Part shown: piece after piece, positions 37,049 through 49,298 of the stretch
How positions within the stretch are numbered: position 1 is the stretch's first letter
Layout: every line of letters begins with the position of its first letter
Origin: Felis catus
Taxonomy: Eukaryota
Length of the DNA: 64,000 bases
Reading direction: 5' to 3'
Assembly: GCF_018350175.1 (NCBI RefSeq)
Contig: NC_058378.1
Span: 5,766,001-5,830,000, forward strand
Notes under the pieces: model-generated
Databases searched by the model: none
Seen by the model: only the letters and a program-made list of their open reading frames with translations
What the model was told of the DNA's origin: nothing
Made by a program: the position numbers and the translations under genes

Positions 37049-37163
37049 GGGGGGCACCTGGCCGGCTCAGTCAGTAGAGGGTGCGACTCTTGATCTTGGG
37101 GTTACAAGTTTGAGCCCCACATTGATTACAGGGATTACTTAAAAATGAAATCTTTTAAAAAAA
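37049..37163 (+). mobile_element. Short old-type Can-SINE
   Basis: ggggcacctggccggctcagtcagtagag..gactcttgatcttgggg..gagccccac..gattacttaaaaa, with no CT tract. Confidence 0.85.
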
Positions 37164-37185
37164 TTCTTTTCACTGTAATATATAT

Positions 37186-37351
37186 TTAAGTTTGTTTATT
37201 TATTTTGAGGGGGTGGGACAGAATGAGAAAGAGGGAGAGAAATGTCAGGGCAGAGCCCTACGAGGGGCTTGAACTCATGAACCGCGGGATCATGATTTGA
37301 GCCAAAATCAAGAGTCAGTCACTCAACCCACTGAGGCTCCCAGGTACCCCC
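37186..37351 (-). mobile_element. Can-SINE with internal deletion
   Basis: tttatttattttgag..gagccctacgaggggcttgaactcatgaac..ctgaggctcccaggtacccc. Confidence 0.88.
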
Positions 37352-37389
37352 TACCTGAATGTATTTTAAAAACTTCAGAACTGGAGCTC

Positions 37390-37545
37390 AGTTAATAATG
37401 TGTCCATACTGATTTATTAGTTGTGACAAATTTACATAATAACACAAGATATTCACAGCTGGTCAAACTGTGTGGGTTTAAAGGGAGCTCTGTCATTTCT
37501 TTGTGACTTTCTTGTAAATCTAAAACTATCCTGAGAAAAGAAGTA
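37390..37545 (+). mobile_element. Old L1 (L1MC-like) 3' end
   Basis: ttattagttgtgacaaat..caagatatt..aaactg..gggagctctgt..ttcttgtaaatctaaaactat. Confidence 0.75.
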
Positions 37546-39541
37546 TCCTGTAAAAATTAGAACGAACTCTAATACTATTAAATTTCCAGAGGCAAGCCTG
37601 TTAACTTGTCTTTGAGAATTGAGAATGAACTTTTTAGAAGAAGTAACATACCCCTATTTATTAAGTCAGAAGTTTACCTTTCTTTACAAATTCTAAGAAA
37701 TGAGCTTAGCTTTTGTCAAGAGGCCACAGACTTCTAGGTCTTCAACTTTCCATGTATAAATCTTAACAGAAAACTTAGCGCTCTGTGCTTTTGAAACAGG
37801 TCTCCCTCAGAGGAAAGGGGAAGAATCTTAACTGCCCACCAAGATGCACTGAGTTTGTTTCATCACTGAAAATGGCCCCAAAAGCCAGATATTGACCATA
37901 ATAGAGAAGGCTGTAGGAGACAAAAAGGCTGCAGAAATGTGGCCCTAAAATGAAATTAATCATTCCTCTGTGATGACAAAGTCCAAGTGGTGTTTCCTAG
38001 TGAAGATTCTATCGGAAGAAATGTAACATTTGTTACAACAAGTATTTGTTAGATCATATGCAAACGTGTGATCAAGGGAAAGACAAACTTTCAGTTTTAT
38101 CTTTACGATGGAACGACAGGGAAGAACCATCCTGCTTTACTGAGAGTCAATCCTATACGGTTTGTAACATCAGTTTGTTCATAATTCTTTTGCCTACATA
38201 AAAAAAAAAAAAGAATGAACCATGGATTTTAGAAGGATCACAGGAACAATTTCATATTCCTTTATGAGGACCTTTTTTTGTGTCTCACTCTCCTATTTAA
38301 TAAAAATGTCATGCATTAAAACAAAACTTTCATTTGCTCCATAAACTACATTTTTTAAAAGAAAACAATGCAAGGAAGGCAATTCACGAGACAAGCTATG
38401 AAGATGGTTTTGTCTGGTCTCTGGTCCTTGAATTCCTCATTTGTGACAGTCATTAGGCAAAGAGACGATGCAATCTGGAACCAGCCTCAGCCTCTAATGC
38501 ACTAATAATGCCTTTTGACTTATGCATGCAATAAGGAGACAATCACCCCTAATGCAATCTGTTGTATGCATTATTTACACCCTCGAGTGCATTAGGAAGG
38601 AATACGAGGATCCAGGGAAAAATCAATGGAGCCTGCTTTTCTGCCCTGTGGGTATCGTTGTGGGTTAGAGCGTACAAAAGGCATTTTCCCTGATAAAGTA
38701 ATAACACAGACTGTGCTTTCCAACTTTCAATGTGTATATTCATCCCCCTCTCTTCCCACCTCCAGTTCACTGCTGTGTCCAAAATTTGATGCTGAAGACA
38801 AGACAGAAACCCTCATCGGCCTCCTTGTCCAGAGGTCCGTCTAAAACGTATCACTCCACTGCAGCGACTTCCTTTACCACTTCTTTTCCATCTCTCCCAA
38901 TGTTTCTTCAAGTGGCAACCAGTACTTATGCTTCTTAAACCAAACAATTTTATCATGAAACCATCTGTATTAACAAATGAGTTTTGTTTTGCCTTAGTTT
39001 TTCTAAGTCTAATTCAGCTGAGCCGATATTCACTCTTATTCCGCTGGCCTTCTTACACTTAGGCTGACTCGATTTACTACTGTGATCATCCACACATAGT
39101 CGCTGGCACTGAATGAGAAACACAAGTCAACTTCCAAGGACACTCCTCTGGAGATCACCCTGGGAGCACTGAAGATCTACTGCAACGTAGGGAAATAGGA
39201 GTAAGTACATCCAGTTTTAAAATTAAGTGCGATCATCACTTGATAACAAAACTTCTGTATTTGGATACAACAATGTGACTTTATTTGAATTTTTCCCTTG
39301 TTTCTTGGCCAAGATTACCTCCTTATCCTAACCACAAAGATTGCTTCAAATATTTATATACTTAATGACACAAAATCCCTTGCCTTTTTTTTTTTTATTC
39401 TCTCAACTTGAAAACATCGCATACAACTGGAGATGATTCAAGCAATGTCACACTAAAATTTAAAATTTGCGACGAGGCATTGTGAAGAATGCCTCTTGAT
39501 AATTTTTATTCAAAAGTTAGGGATTAAAAAAAAACAGCTCT

Positions 39542-39784
39542 GGGGCGCCTGGGTGGCGCAGTCGGTTAAGCGTCCGACTTCAGCCAGGTCACGATCTCGC
39601 GGTCCGTGAGTTCGAGCCCCGCGTCAGGCTCTGGGCTGATGGCTCGGAGCCTGGAGCCTGTTTCCGATGCTGTGTCTCCCTCTCTCTCTGCCCCTCCCCC
39701 GTTCATGCTCTGTCTCTCTCTGTCCCAAAAATAAATAAAAACATTGAAAAAAAAAAAAAGAAAAAAAAAAGAAAAGAAAAAAAG
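39542..39784 (+). mobile_element. Young feline Can-SINE with long A-tail
   Basis: Intact body. TSD AAAAAACAGCTCT on both sides. Confidence 0.97.
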
Positions 39785-39934
39785 AAAAAACAGCTCTTCC
39801 CAATATGCCTACATTGAAATATGTTACTTTCAGTACAGATTAACACTGAAGATAAAGAAAAATATTTTTGAAAATGCTCAAGAGAAAGCATGGTAAGAAA
39901 TTAAAAACTGCAGACTGAATCCAAGTTTCTCTAC

Positions 39935-40070
39935 TGATTTTTTTTACTGTAAAACTGGAAGTCAGTCCCTAAGGCTGTGTTTCTAACTTGTCCAAGATCA
40001 CACACGGGTAGAGGGGCAGGACTGGGATTTCAGGAGTGTAGAATCGCGAACCCCATACTCAGAACCCCTT
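39935..40070 (-). mobile_element. MIR fragment
   Basis: taacttgtccaagatcacaca..gtagaggggcaggactgggattt. Confidence 0.6.
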
Positions 40071-40175
40071 GAGAGGCATTTTTCTATTGCTCTAAAATGG
40101 TTGAAGACTCAGTCTCTGGCTTGATCACTTCACATTTATGGAGGCAACAGGCAGCAAAGAGAGGATGACCATGAG

Positions 40176-40489
40176 ACATACTTTTGGCAGGCATTCTGAT
40201 GCCACAATTCTACTACAATCAACGTCCGGAACATTATAAGGATCTTTCCTGACCGAACTCTCTTTGTGGCTCCTTATGAAGTTATACTTGGCTGTTTACA
40301 GCCAGCAGCATTTCTTAATCTGTACTGTTACAGAGTTTTGGGTCCTGATTGGACAGCTATAATGGCTGAAGAAAACAGGAAAAAGGGAATAAAGAAGGAG
40401 GAGGGCGTTGGGGGCGAGGGATACAAACACGCATGTTCATATGCATTGTTATGTGCGGGGAGGGGTGGGGGAATGGGTGTGTGACATCA
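40176..40489 (-). promoter_or_regulatory. Candidate internal promoter plus first exon (minus strand)
   Basis: CRE-like TGACATCA at 40482-40489, GC/GT boxes at 40403-40481, NF-Y box CCAATCAG (40345-40352), FOX TGTTTAC at 40293-40299, TATA-like TATAAC (40281-40286), and donor AAA|GTATGT at 40182/40181. Confidence 0.35.
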
Positions 40490-42064
40490 CTTGCTCCTGA
40501 AGAGAGGAGCCCAGAATAAATTGTCAAAAGTGATAAATTAGAGATACGGCAAGAAAACAGATTTAAAATTCCACAAAGGTCAATATAATTGAAGATAAGC
40601 CATTACTTTTGTGTTTCCCCTAAGTATTTCACATATTTAAAAAAAGTATCACACCGTGTAAAAAAAAATACTTTAAAACTTTAGGAAAATACATTTTTGG
40701 AAAATATTTATGGAAATTCTTTTTCAAATTATTTATGGAAGTTTACCTTCCTCAGGACAAGTCATAGGGATGTTTGAAAACGCTGTTTTATTCTAATCAG
40801 GAAGCAATCTACTTCTCATATGGTAGGAAGGATAATCTCTTTATGACTAATGAGCTGAACTTACTCATTTGTGATGGAAAGGGTTTACTCACATTTGATG
40901 TTAGAAATTACTTCTTCACTCTAAGGGCCAAGAGAGCCTAGAATGTGTTCAAGGCTGGAGTTACTGAGATCTTTCTTCCCTTCCTTTCTCCTTTGCTTCC
41001 TGATTAAGGGAATAAGGTCTGCTTGAGGTGAGGAAAGTAGTTAGTTGTTTCTGAAGATATAAAAACTAAAACTGTTTACAGTCAGGGAATTTCAGAACTA
41101 GGAGCTATCAGACAACAGTAAGTTTTTCATTAGAAGGTTGAAAATGTGGAGACCAGGCAGGTGAAATTAACCCTTCCTCTCCCACAAAGTAGCCAAGCCA
41201 AGAAGTAGAACCTTGTTATTCGGGTTGTTAATTCACTGAGCTTTCCAGTATACTTGATTTTGTTTTTGACAGCTACCCTGCCTCGATGCCCTAGTGGTGT
41301 TTCTTTCAGGATTAGGGTTCTGTTATTTCCACTCAAATCTTAAAACGTGGCGAAATAGAGAAAATTCGGGGAATACGCCCTGGGAGATGGCGGTCTCTGG
41401 GGCCTTCCCATATAAGTAACTTGACTTCCAGCTTTATAACACAGTTAGAGCCATTTTTCCATTCGCTTTTATCTCTGCGTTTCTTCCTCAATAAAGGCTG
41501 TCTCTAGTTGTGTTCTCAAGTTTGGTTTCCCAAGTGAAATAAACATCCCCAAACAATAACATTTCACTCCACCCGATAACGAAAAATAAGTAATACCAAA
41601 AACATTTCAAAAACAGGAATGTGTTCCGTTTCAGGATGTTATTTTAGGGGGCAGCTAATCAATTTGACCAGCGAACTCAGATTTGAAAATGTTCCCGCTC
41701 CTGTGGGAAGGGGGTAGCCCTGTGTTTCTGTACCTACAGGAGTCCTAGGGAAGTCAAAAAAAAGACAGAGACTTCAGTTTTTTCTCACCCTACAATTCTC
41801 ACACAATCATAAACACCTCAACGAATATCTCTGCTGCAGAAAGAATAAATGTACCAATACGATCACCTCATCTTTGGATCTTGTTTCTTTTTTTTTTAAC
41901 AGTTCAAGGTACTTTTATATAGCCCTTAACAGAACAGCCCAGAGGAGGCAAGAATCTTGTTACATTTGAAAAAACAACGGAGGCTGGCAGGTATTTAAAG
42001 AGTGCAATGAAGGTCACATGGCGAGTTACTGCCAGGGCCCTGTTTGAACACAGAACCCCTGATC

Positions 42065-42725
42065 ATTCCTGGATTCGACCAAGATTCATTGAGAATCCAC
42101 CGTATTCGATCCCAGGACAGTCCTGGGCACCTGGAACGCAGTCGTGAATAGAACACCCTTTTTGCTTGCAACACACTTAGTCCAATGGAGGGAGACACAA
42201 GTCGGCCAATGATTACAGAACTATGTGAAGAATATACAGGCGCCATTGGGTCACGGAAGCAGGATCAAGATGGCATCTCCCAGATGGCTTTCTAGAAGAG
42301 ACGGCGCATAGGCAAATCTTGAAAGATGATCGAATGAATAAATGATTGAGATGTAACCAAGCAGAGAGCAGAGAAGAAGGTTTTTGGAAAGGGAAAATGA
42401 TGCGTCTAGGGGCCACAGCAAGGGGGAGTGTGCCTTCGGGGAAGGGCGAACCATCCTGCGATCAGGAGCAGGGTGGGTGAGGGGTACAGAAGGCACCACT
42501 ATAGACTCAGGACGAAGGACCTTCTGTTCAGAAACAAGCACTTTTCAATTTTCCCTAGAAACCCTAAGGAACCAAGTGAGAATTTTGAGAACAGAGTGGC
42601 ATAGCTACATTCACATTTTCCAAGATCACTTTGGTTGCCTGTTGAGGAGGAACGAGGTGAGGCAGGATTTGAAGCAAGGAATCCATTTTTAAGAGGCCAA
42701 TACAGGAATCTAGGTGATCAATGAT
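42065..42725 (-). mobile_element. L2 fragment
   Basis: cattgagaa..cccaggacagtcctgggcac..gtgaatagaaca..ttagtccaatggagggagacac..ggctttctagaagag..tcttgaaagatga..; ttttccaagatcactttggttgc. Confidence 0.7.
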
Positions 42726-43212
42726 ACTCATTGATCTACTGATGATACTCGCTCTTTTAAGAGTATAGTTGATTATTTAAGACCTTCAACTCTTCAATTC
42801 TAACCAGGTTTCCCCCGCCCCAATTCAGCTTCTTGGTTTTGATGGCGCACTGAAGCATGGAAACCCCTTTTACTTTCCACCGTCAGACAAAACATTAAAT
42901 GACTGACTCCAGAAAGTGTTGGGCTGCTTTGTGGCACAAGCAGAAGACTTAAGATGAGGTTTTGTCTGTAAAGTCACAGCTTTTATCACCCGTTGTTCCT
43001 TCTCCTCCTTGTGGTTCCTAAATAATTAAGTGAAATCCCCAAATAGAACAAATAAAAGCTCAGCAAAAAGACTTTAAAGGTCAAAAGTGGTTCAACAAAA
43101 TGATCAACATTAAGCAGAGTTTATGCAATTAGGCACTAAATAATCTGGTGTCATTTTAGTTAAAATGTGCCTTTACTGAAAAAAGTGGGGTGAAATTTAA
43201 AAATGTAGCCAA

Positions 43213-43434
43213 GGGGCGCCTGGGTGGTGCAGTCGGTTAAGCGTCCGACTTCAGCCAGGTCACGATCTCGCGGTCCGTGAGTTCGAGCCCCGCGTCGGGC
43301 TCTGGGCTGATGGCTCAGAGCCTGGAGCCTGTTTCCGATTCTGTGTCTCCCTCTCTCTCTGCCCCTCCCCCATTCATGCTCTGTCTCCCTCTGTCTCAAA
43401 AATAAATAAAAACGTTGAAAAAAAAATTAAAAAA
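43213..43434 (+). mobile_element. Young feline Can-SINE
   Basis: Intact body. Perfect TSD AAAAATGTAGCCAAG. Confidence 0.97.
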
Positions 43435-44175
43435 AAAAATGTAGCCAAGAGCGTCTTTACTCTCCTCGTTATGCTATTTAGGTTCATAATGTGTTGATTT
43501 CAGCTATGCAATCCCTTTCAATGACGTAGACTAAGAGAATGTGAAATCACCTTAGATGCAGCTAAATTGTGTTTTCTAGTGTCTAAAGTCCACCTGACAA
43601 TACCGAGCCTCACTGAGAATAGATTTCTACCAGTAAAAATACTGGAGAAGAAGCTTCACGGTCAGTAACGGATGAGATTTCCACAAAGCCAAAGTTTTTC
43701 AAATCAGAGGAAAGACATGTGATTTCAGAAGATCACATGAAACACTTCATCCCAGTTTTTAATTGATGACCTAAGTTGAGTGAAAATTAATTGGCAGTCT
43801 ATATGGTTTCTTACGAGCTAAGGGAGTGTGGTCACAGGATGTAGGAAAGGGTTGATGTGATTAGATAAAGCAATCTCTTAAATTTTAAGGCAATTTTCTT
43901 AAATAAGAAATGCATTTGTTTTTGTGAATGTAGTATGTGCACCTATGGAGACCTACATCAAATGACATTAAGAATTATGGTCTAGCTATTCCCTGTGACA
44001 TTAAGAATTACGGTCTAGAGCTGGAAGAGTCTGCCTGTATGCCCAGGTACGGTGTGTTGGAAGAAACACTACCACCATCACCAAAATGAAGATGTATCTC
44101 CCATTAGTATCGAGTTCAAGGCTTTGGTATTCCATTCACTTACTAAATGAGTACAAAATAAAAATAAAATAGAAA

Positions 44176-44358
44176 TTTTCTTTCTTCTTTTAGAGAGCGA
44201 GAGAGAGACCATGCACAGGGAAGGAGCAGAGGGAGGAGGAGAGAGAATCTTGAGTAGGCTCTGTGCTGAGCATGGGCTCCATCTCAAGATGCTGGGATCA
44301 TGACCTGAGCTGAAATCAACACTTGGATGCTCAACCGACTGAGCCACACAGGCGCCCC
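44176..44358 (-). mobile_element. Can-SINE
   Basis: Reverse SINE ending gactgagccacacaggcgcccc. Confidence 0.92.
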
Positions 44359-45630
44359 TAACATTTGAAAGATGATTTTCTTTATGATTTTTTTTTCAAT
44401 CCAAGCAAACATGTTGCTGGACCCTAGGAAGGCTATTCAGAACGATTAAGGATTCCCCTAGAGTGTTTACATAATAGATACTTAGCATAATCATCATCTG
44501 AGATATAACTGGCAGTATTTTCTTCTTTTTAAAGAATCACTGGGCTTTTAGAGTGTTTATTTATCCAGATATGAAATAAACTATTTCTAAAATCAGTCTA
44601 AGATGGGAAAAATGACATCTGGCCAAGTACTAAGAAGGATTAGCTCATTCACAAATTTATTATCTCATCCTTGTTAATAAAGAGAAAATTGGTCCTCAAA
44701 TCATTGTCAAGGGAAGAATAAAATATACAATGACTAATTTAAAAGCTGAAGCCAAGGCATAATCTTGAAACATGAGTAAGGTTTTACTGTGATTCGTCTC
44801 CATAGGAAAGTGCTTTAGATAGCATTTTAGAATCTTTCATTATGAAATATGAAAAGGTATCCATGATATAGTTGAAAGAACCTCACTCATGTATTACTTT
44901 TTTAATGACAGGAGAGGCTCTAAATAAAGATTATAAATAGATTGCATGTACCAATGGCACCCTCTCCCAGTCTCTAATATATCTCAACTTTGAGTCCCTG
45001 TGTCATAAAGCATATAGTGAATATTTATCTGCTATAGCAAATGGAAAAATTCTTCTCTGTCCAATAACTAAGGCATACAGATGTGTAAAATTTTTCAACC
45101 GGGCTAAAAGCTTCATCCTCTTACTTACAAACTGTTCATGAAAAAATTCTGAATATTATGTTATCTTTCTATAACAGTTGTGTTACTTTGCTAACTCAAG
45201 ACAATCATTAATGATCCTCAATGAAAAGTTTTAGTAGACAGCAAAAATCAATTTTGAGTTTTAATAGTTTTCTATAATTTTAATAAGATTACTAAAATAA
45301 ACTTACAAAGAATCTTTGTGCATTAATCACAAGTAAGGCCCATGTATTTGAAGTCCGTAAAAACAATCCTTGGAGCATGACATATGGAGTTGTCAATGTG
45401 AAATATGTATCAGTTGCAAGCTAAGCATTATGTGGTATCAGCCTTGTCATTAATTATTAATAGTGACAGCAAAAGGGATGGTCACTGGGAAACGCAAACG
45501 TTTTTAAATGAAGGGATCGTAATAGGGATTTATTGGTATCTAAGAGCACTTGTTAAAATGTGTAATTATAAATCATGACACTATTTTTCATATGCCTGAA
45601 TTTGAACATTTCTTCATCAGTAAAGGTTTC

Positions 45631-45865
45631 GGGGCCCCTGGGCGGCTCAGTCGGTTGAGCGTCTGACTTCAGCTCAGACCATGATCTCACGGTTCTTGAG
45701 TTCGAGCCCCACATCGAGCTTTCTGCTGTCAGCACAGAACCTGCTTCGGATGCTCTAAAACCCCTCTCTCTCTGCCCCTCCCTGCTTGTTCTCTCTCACA
45801 TACATACATACATACCTACATATATACATACCTACAAATTTAATAAAAGCTTTAAATAAAAAATA
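45631..45865 (+). mobile_element. Can-SINE with (TACA)n-converted tail
   Basis: Head ggggcccctgggcggctcagtcggttgag, body, and a CATA repeat tail. Confidence 0.93.
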
Positions 45866-47600
45866 AGAGTTTTAAAAGCCTTCCTATAGACTCATTAGTT
45901 GACCCCGATAGAAAGCATTATATTTGTGTTCACATTTTCAGTGTTAAATTCTTTGGGGTTCATGATCAATTTGGGGCTCATGTTTGAAACCATAGTTTGC
46001 CCACGGATATATGTAGTAGATCTCTATCAGCACTTACAAAGATTCCCATGATACATATGCTTTAGGCTTTAATTGCTTTGGAGGAGAATGGCTCAGACCT
46101 GTGGACACAAATGTTCTTCAAATGAGAATCTTACTTGGTTGTATCCGAGTCCATCTTTTCTAACTGGCCATTCCATTGTCTTATTTTCATTTGTCCAGGA
46201 ATGGGACTCTAAAGTAGATGTTAAGCGATTGTTCCTAAGATTCCACCTAGGATCCCAGAAAGTGAATTTTGCCTAAGCCACGGAACCTACCTTTGAGTAA
46301 GACCATTACAAACACACCTTACCAATTTGATGACAATCCATCTAACCATGCAAAATTAATGTTGTTTATATTAAAATAGAAGCAACCTTGAAGAATGGCA
46401 ATGTTGAGATTGGGATTCTACATCCACTAAAGGTTTACTACTGGGCATTTGGGCAAGTAAAGAAGATGAATAAGTCCCATGAACAGCACGGCCATACCAC
46501 GTAGGGTACACATGTCTCAGAATGATCTCCTTTTGACATTTGTACAAATTAAAACAAGTTTTAATACGGCTTTCATATGGAAATGAATTTAAATAAAGAA
46601 AATAGCCAAAGAAAAGACAAAGCATAACATTAGTGCAAATCTTGTTTTGAAAATAACATCCTTAATAGGGTGACCTTCCCCCCCACCCCCCAAGCTAATC
46701 TATACAGGAAGATTTCTTTCTAACTACAGCTGAGACATGACAGGAATGTTGAAATGATCTGAGATTAAGGAAACCTCATACTTTCCCACGTTAAAATTCA
46801 AGAAGATCACAATTGCATCCGATAAGCTGTACATTCCCACAGTTCCTAACAGAGACCTAGTCTTAAGAGGGGCTCAAAGGATTTGTGTTCATTAGATGAC
46901 ACGTAGGGAAGGGGCAGGTGTGACGGAAGGTGACACCAATTCCATTGTGTTTGGTACAGCACGGTCTCAGTTTGAAAGACTTCAGGGAAAGTCTGACAAC
47001 TCCATATTGTGACTTGGAAATAAATTAGTGAGGTGTCTGGACAAGAAGGACGACAAAACCCAAACCTTCCCTGCAGGTACATCTTTTCTCCATCCCAACC
47101 CCTCACTTATGAAGACGCTCCCGGTCTTGGACAGGGAGACCTATCGGAAGGCAGAAAAACGTGGCATTTGCTCTGAAAATGTCAAGAAGCCCACTTGACA
47201 TAAACTTCATAACCTCAGCCTTATCCCCCTAAATTCATCATTCAAACAGGGGAAGCCACAAGTTAATGACCCCTCCAGGCAAACAAGGACAGCTTAACTA
47301 GGTCACAAGAAAATACGAGAAGGAGAGTCCAGCATCTTTAAGAAGAAAATCTGCTTTTTGAAAGAGCTGTCTAGTGTAAAGACAGCGCAATGTGGTATGT
47401 TTTCCCCTTAAAGTGCAAGAAAGCTTTAAAAATCAGAAAAGTGAGTAAATAATAAATCCATAACAATTGTAGCTCAGTTATTAGCCTAAAGCAGGAAGAG
47501 TCACGATAGATACAGGAAGTTGAGTTAATGTTGCATGTTAGTTTAGGCAAGGATGGAAAGCATACAAATGATGTTCTACTGAAGAAAATTTGGTGTCCCA

Positions 47601-47833
47601 GGGATGCCTGGGTGGCTCAGTTGGTTAAGTGCCCAACATTGGCTCAGGTCATGATCTCACAGTCTGTGGGTCTGAGCCCCGCTCTGGGCTCTGTGCTGAC
47701 AGTTTGGAGCCTGGAGCCTGCTTCAGATTCCGTGCCTCCCTCTCTCTCTGCCCCTCCCCCACTCATGTTCTTTCTCTATCTCTCAAAACTAAACAAACAT
47801 TAAAAAAAATTAAAAAAAAAAAAAAGGAAAGAA
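47601..47833 (+). mobile_element. Can-SINE (first of a tandem pair)
   Basis: Full-length. Flanked by copies of AAAATTTGGTGTCCCA. Confidence 0.95.
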
Positions 47834-47849
47834 AAAAATTGGTGTCCTA

Positions 47850-48053
47850 GGGGCGCCTGGGTGGCTCAGTTGGTTGAGCATCTGACTTTGGCTCAGGTCA
47901 TGATCTCACGGTTCATGAGTTTGAGCCCCTCATCAGGCTCTGTGCTGACAGCTCGGAACCCGGAGCCTGCTTCAGATTCTCTCTCTCTGCCCCTCCCCCG
48001 CTTGTGCGTTATCGTTCTCTCTCTCTAAAATAAACCTATATTAAAAAAAAGAA
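47850..48053 (+). mobile_element. Can-SINE (second of a tandem pair)
   Basis: Full-length. Followed by a third target copy AAGAAAATTTGGTCTCCCA at 48054-48072. Confidence 0.95.
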
Positions 48054-48774
48054 AAGAAAATTTGGTCTCCCAAAGCCTGAGGCATGAAAAGAACCACATG
48101 CATCACGATCATTCTTGACTGAAGTCAATCAACAAACGGTCTATAACATGTCTCTTAATATCTTCTTGGGATGACACTACCTGCTTTGTGAAATAAAATT
48201 TTTATCAGGAAGCTTTCTGTCAGGTAAAATTTAAAAAAAAAAAGAAATGAGTACTTTGGAAAGCTGTTATTCTGGATTTTTACACGAAAACAAGATTTAT
48301 ACAAGATTCCGCTAAGCCAACACACTCTTGTAGTTTCACGTAAATCAAAGGGCTGAGCCTCTAGAGGTTTGTCTGAAACTGAACACGGAGTTTCCCAAAG
48401 GTGTTCAGATCAATCTCGGGCCAGCATGCCGAAACGCAAACTGAAGTAGGTGACTCAGATACCTCAATAAATGTAAAATGGGACGCCAAACTGCTTTTGA
48501 GATGGTTTACTGTGTGGTAACACAACATAAAGGTATCGACTGATGATCTCAGACGTACAGCAGATACCCGGAACTTACGTAAACACTAAGCCACCAGGGA
48601 AAATAAAAGATACGAGTGGGAACAGCCACTCATTACTAACCCACTTACTAGTGATTTCTTATGAGACAGGACTTAAGACTTTTAAACGTAGGACTTGGCA
48701 GCATGCGAGTCTCCTAGTTGGTGATGTGCCCAAATCCTTCTTAGTGTAGTCAGATGAGCAGTGGATTAGGGCTT

Positions 48775-48930
48775 AGAGTTTGCTCTTAGCTTCCTGTGGG
48801 CCCCTTAATGAACCTGGAGTAAAATCCTCCAAATCCTTATCTTACCTTGTTTTCTTCTCTGTAAAACTGAACAGAGGAACAGTACCTCAATCTACCTCAC
48901 AGGGCTCTTATAAGGAATAAAAATTGTGAT
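48775..48930 (+). mobile_element. MIR fragment
   Basis: ccttgttttcttctctgtaaaactga..aacagtacct..acctcacagggct..aaggaataaa. Confidence 0.65.
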
Positions 48931-49085
48931 AGCAATTTGCCAATTTTTGTATAAATCCGCTACAATTAATGTAGAAGGTGGTTTTTCATGTAGACATATG
49001 TGAGATTGAACACCCAGAAATAAATATGTCCAACTCATACTGTAAAACGATGCTTTCCGATTTAGCAGTTCAGAGGTAGAGTCAT

Positions 49086-49231
49086 GGGGGCACCTGTGTG
49101 GCTCAGTTAGTGAAGCATCCGACTTTGGCTCAGGTCGTGATCTCATGGTTCATGGGTTCAGGCCCCATGTCAGGCTCTGTGCTGACAGCTCAGAGCCTGG
49201 AGCCTACTTTGGATTCTCTCTCGCTCTCTCG

Positions 49232-49272
<41 letters not shown>

Positions 49273-49298
49273 CCTCCTTAGCTTGTGCTCTCTTTTTC
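49086..49298 (+). mobile_element. Can-SINE with (CT)n and no A-tail
   Basis: Head and body clear. The 3' end stops after the CT-rich tract. Confidence 0.92.
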
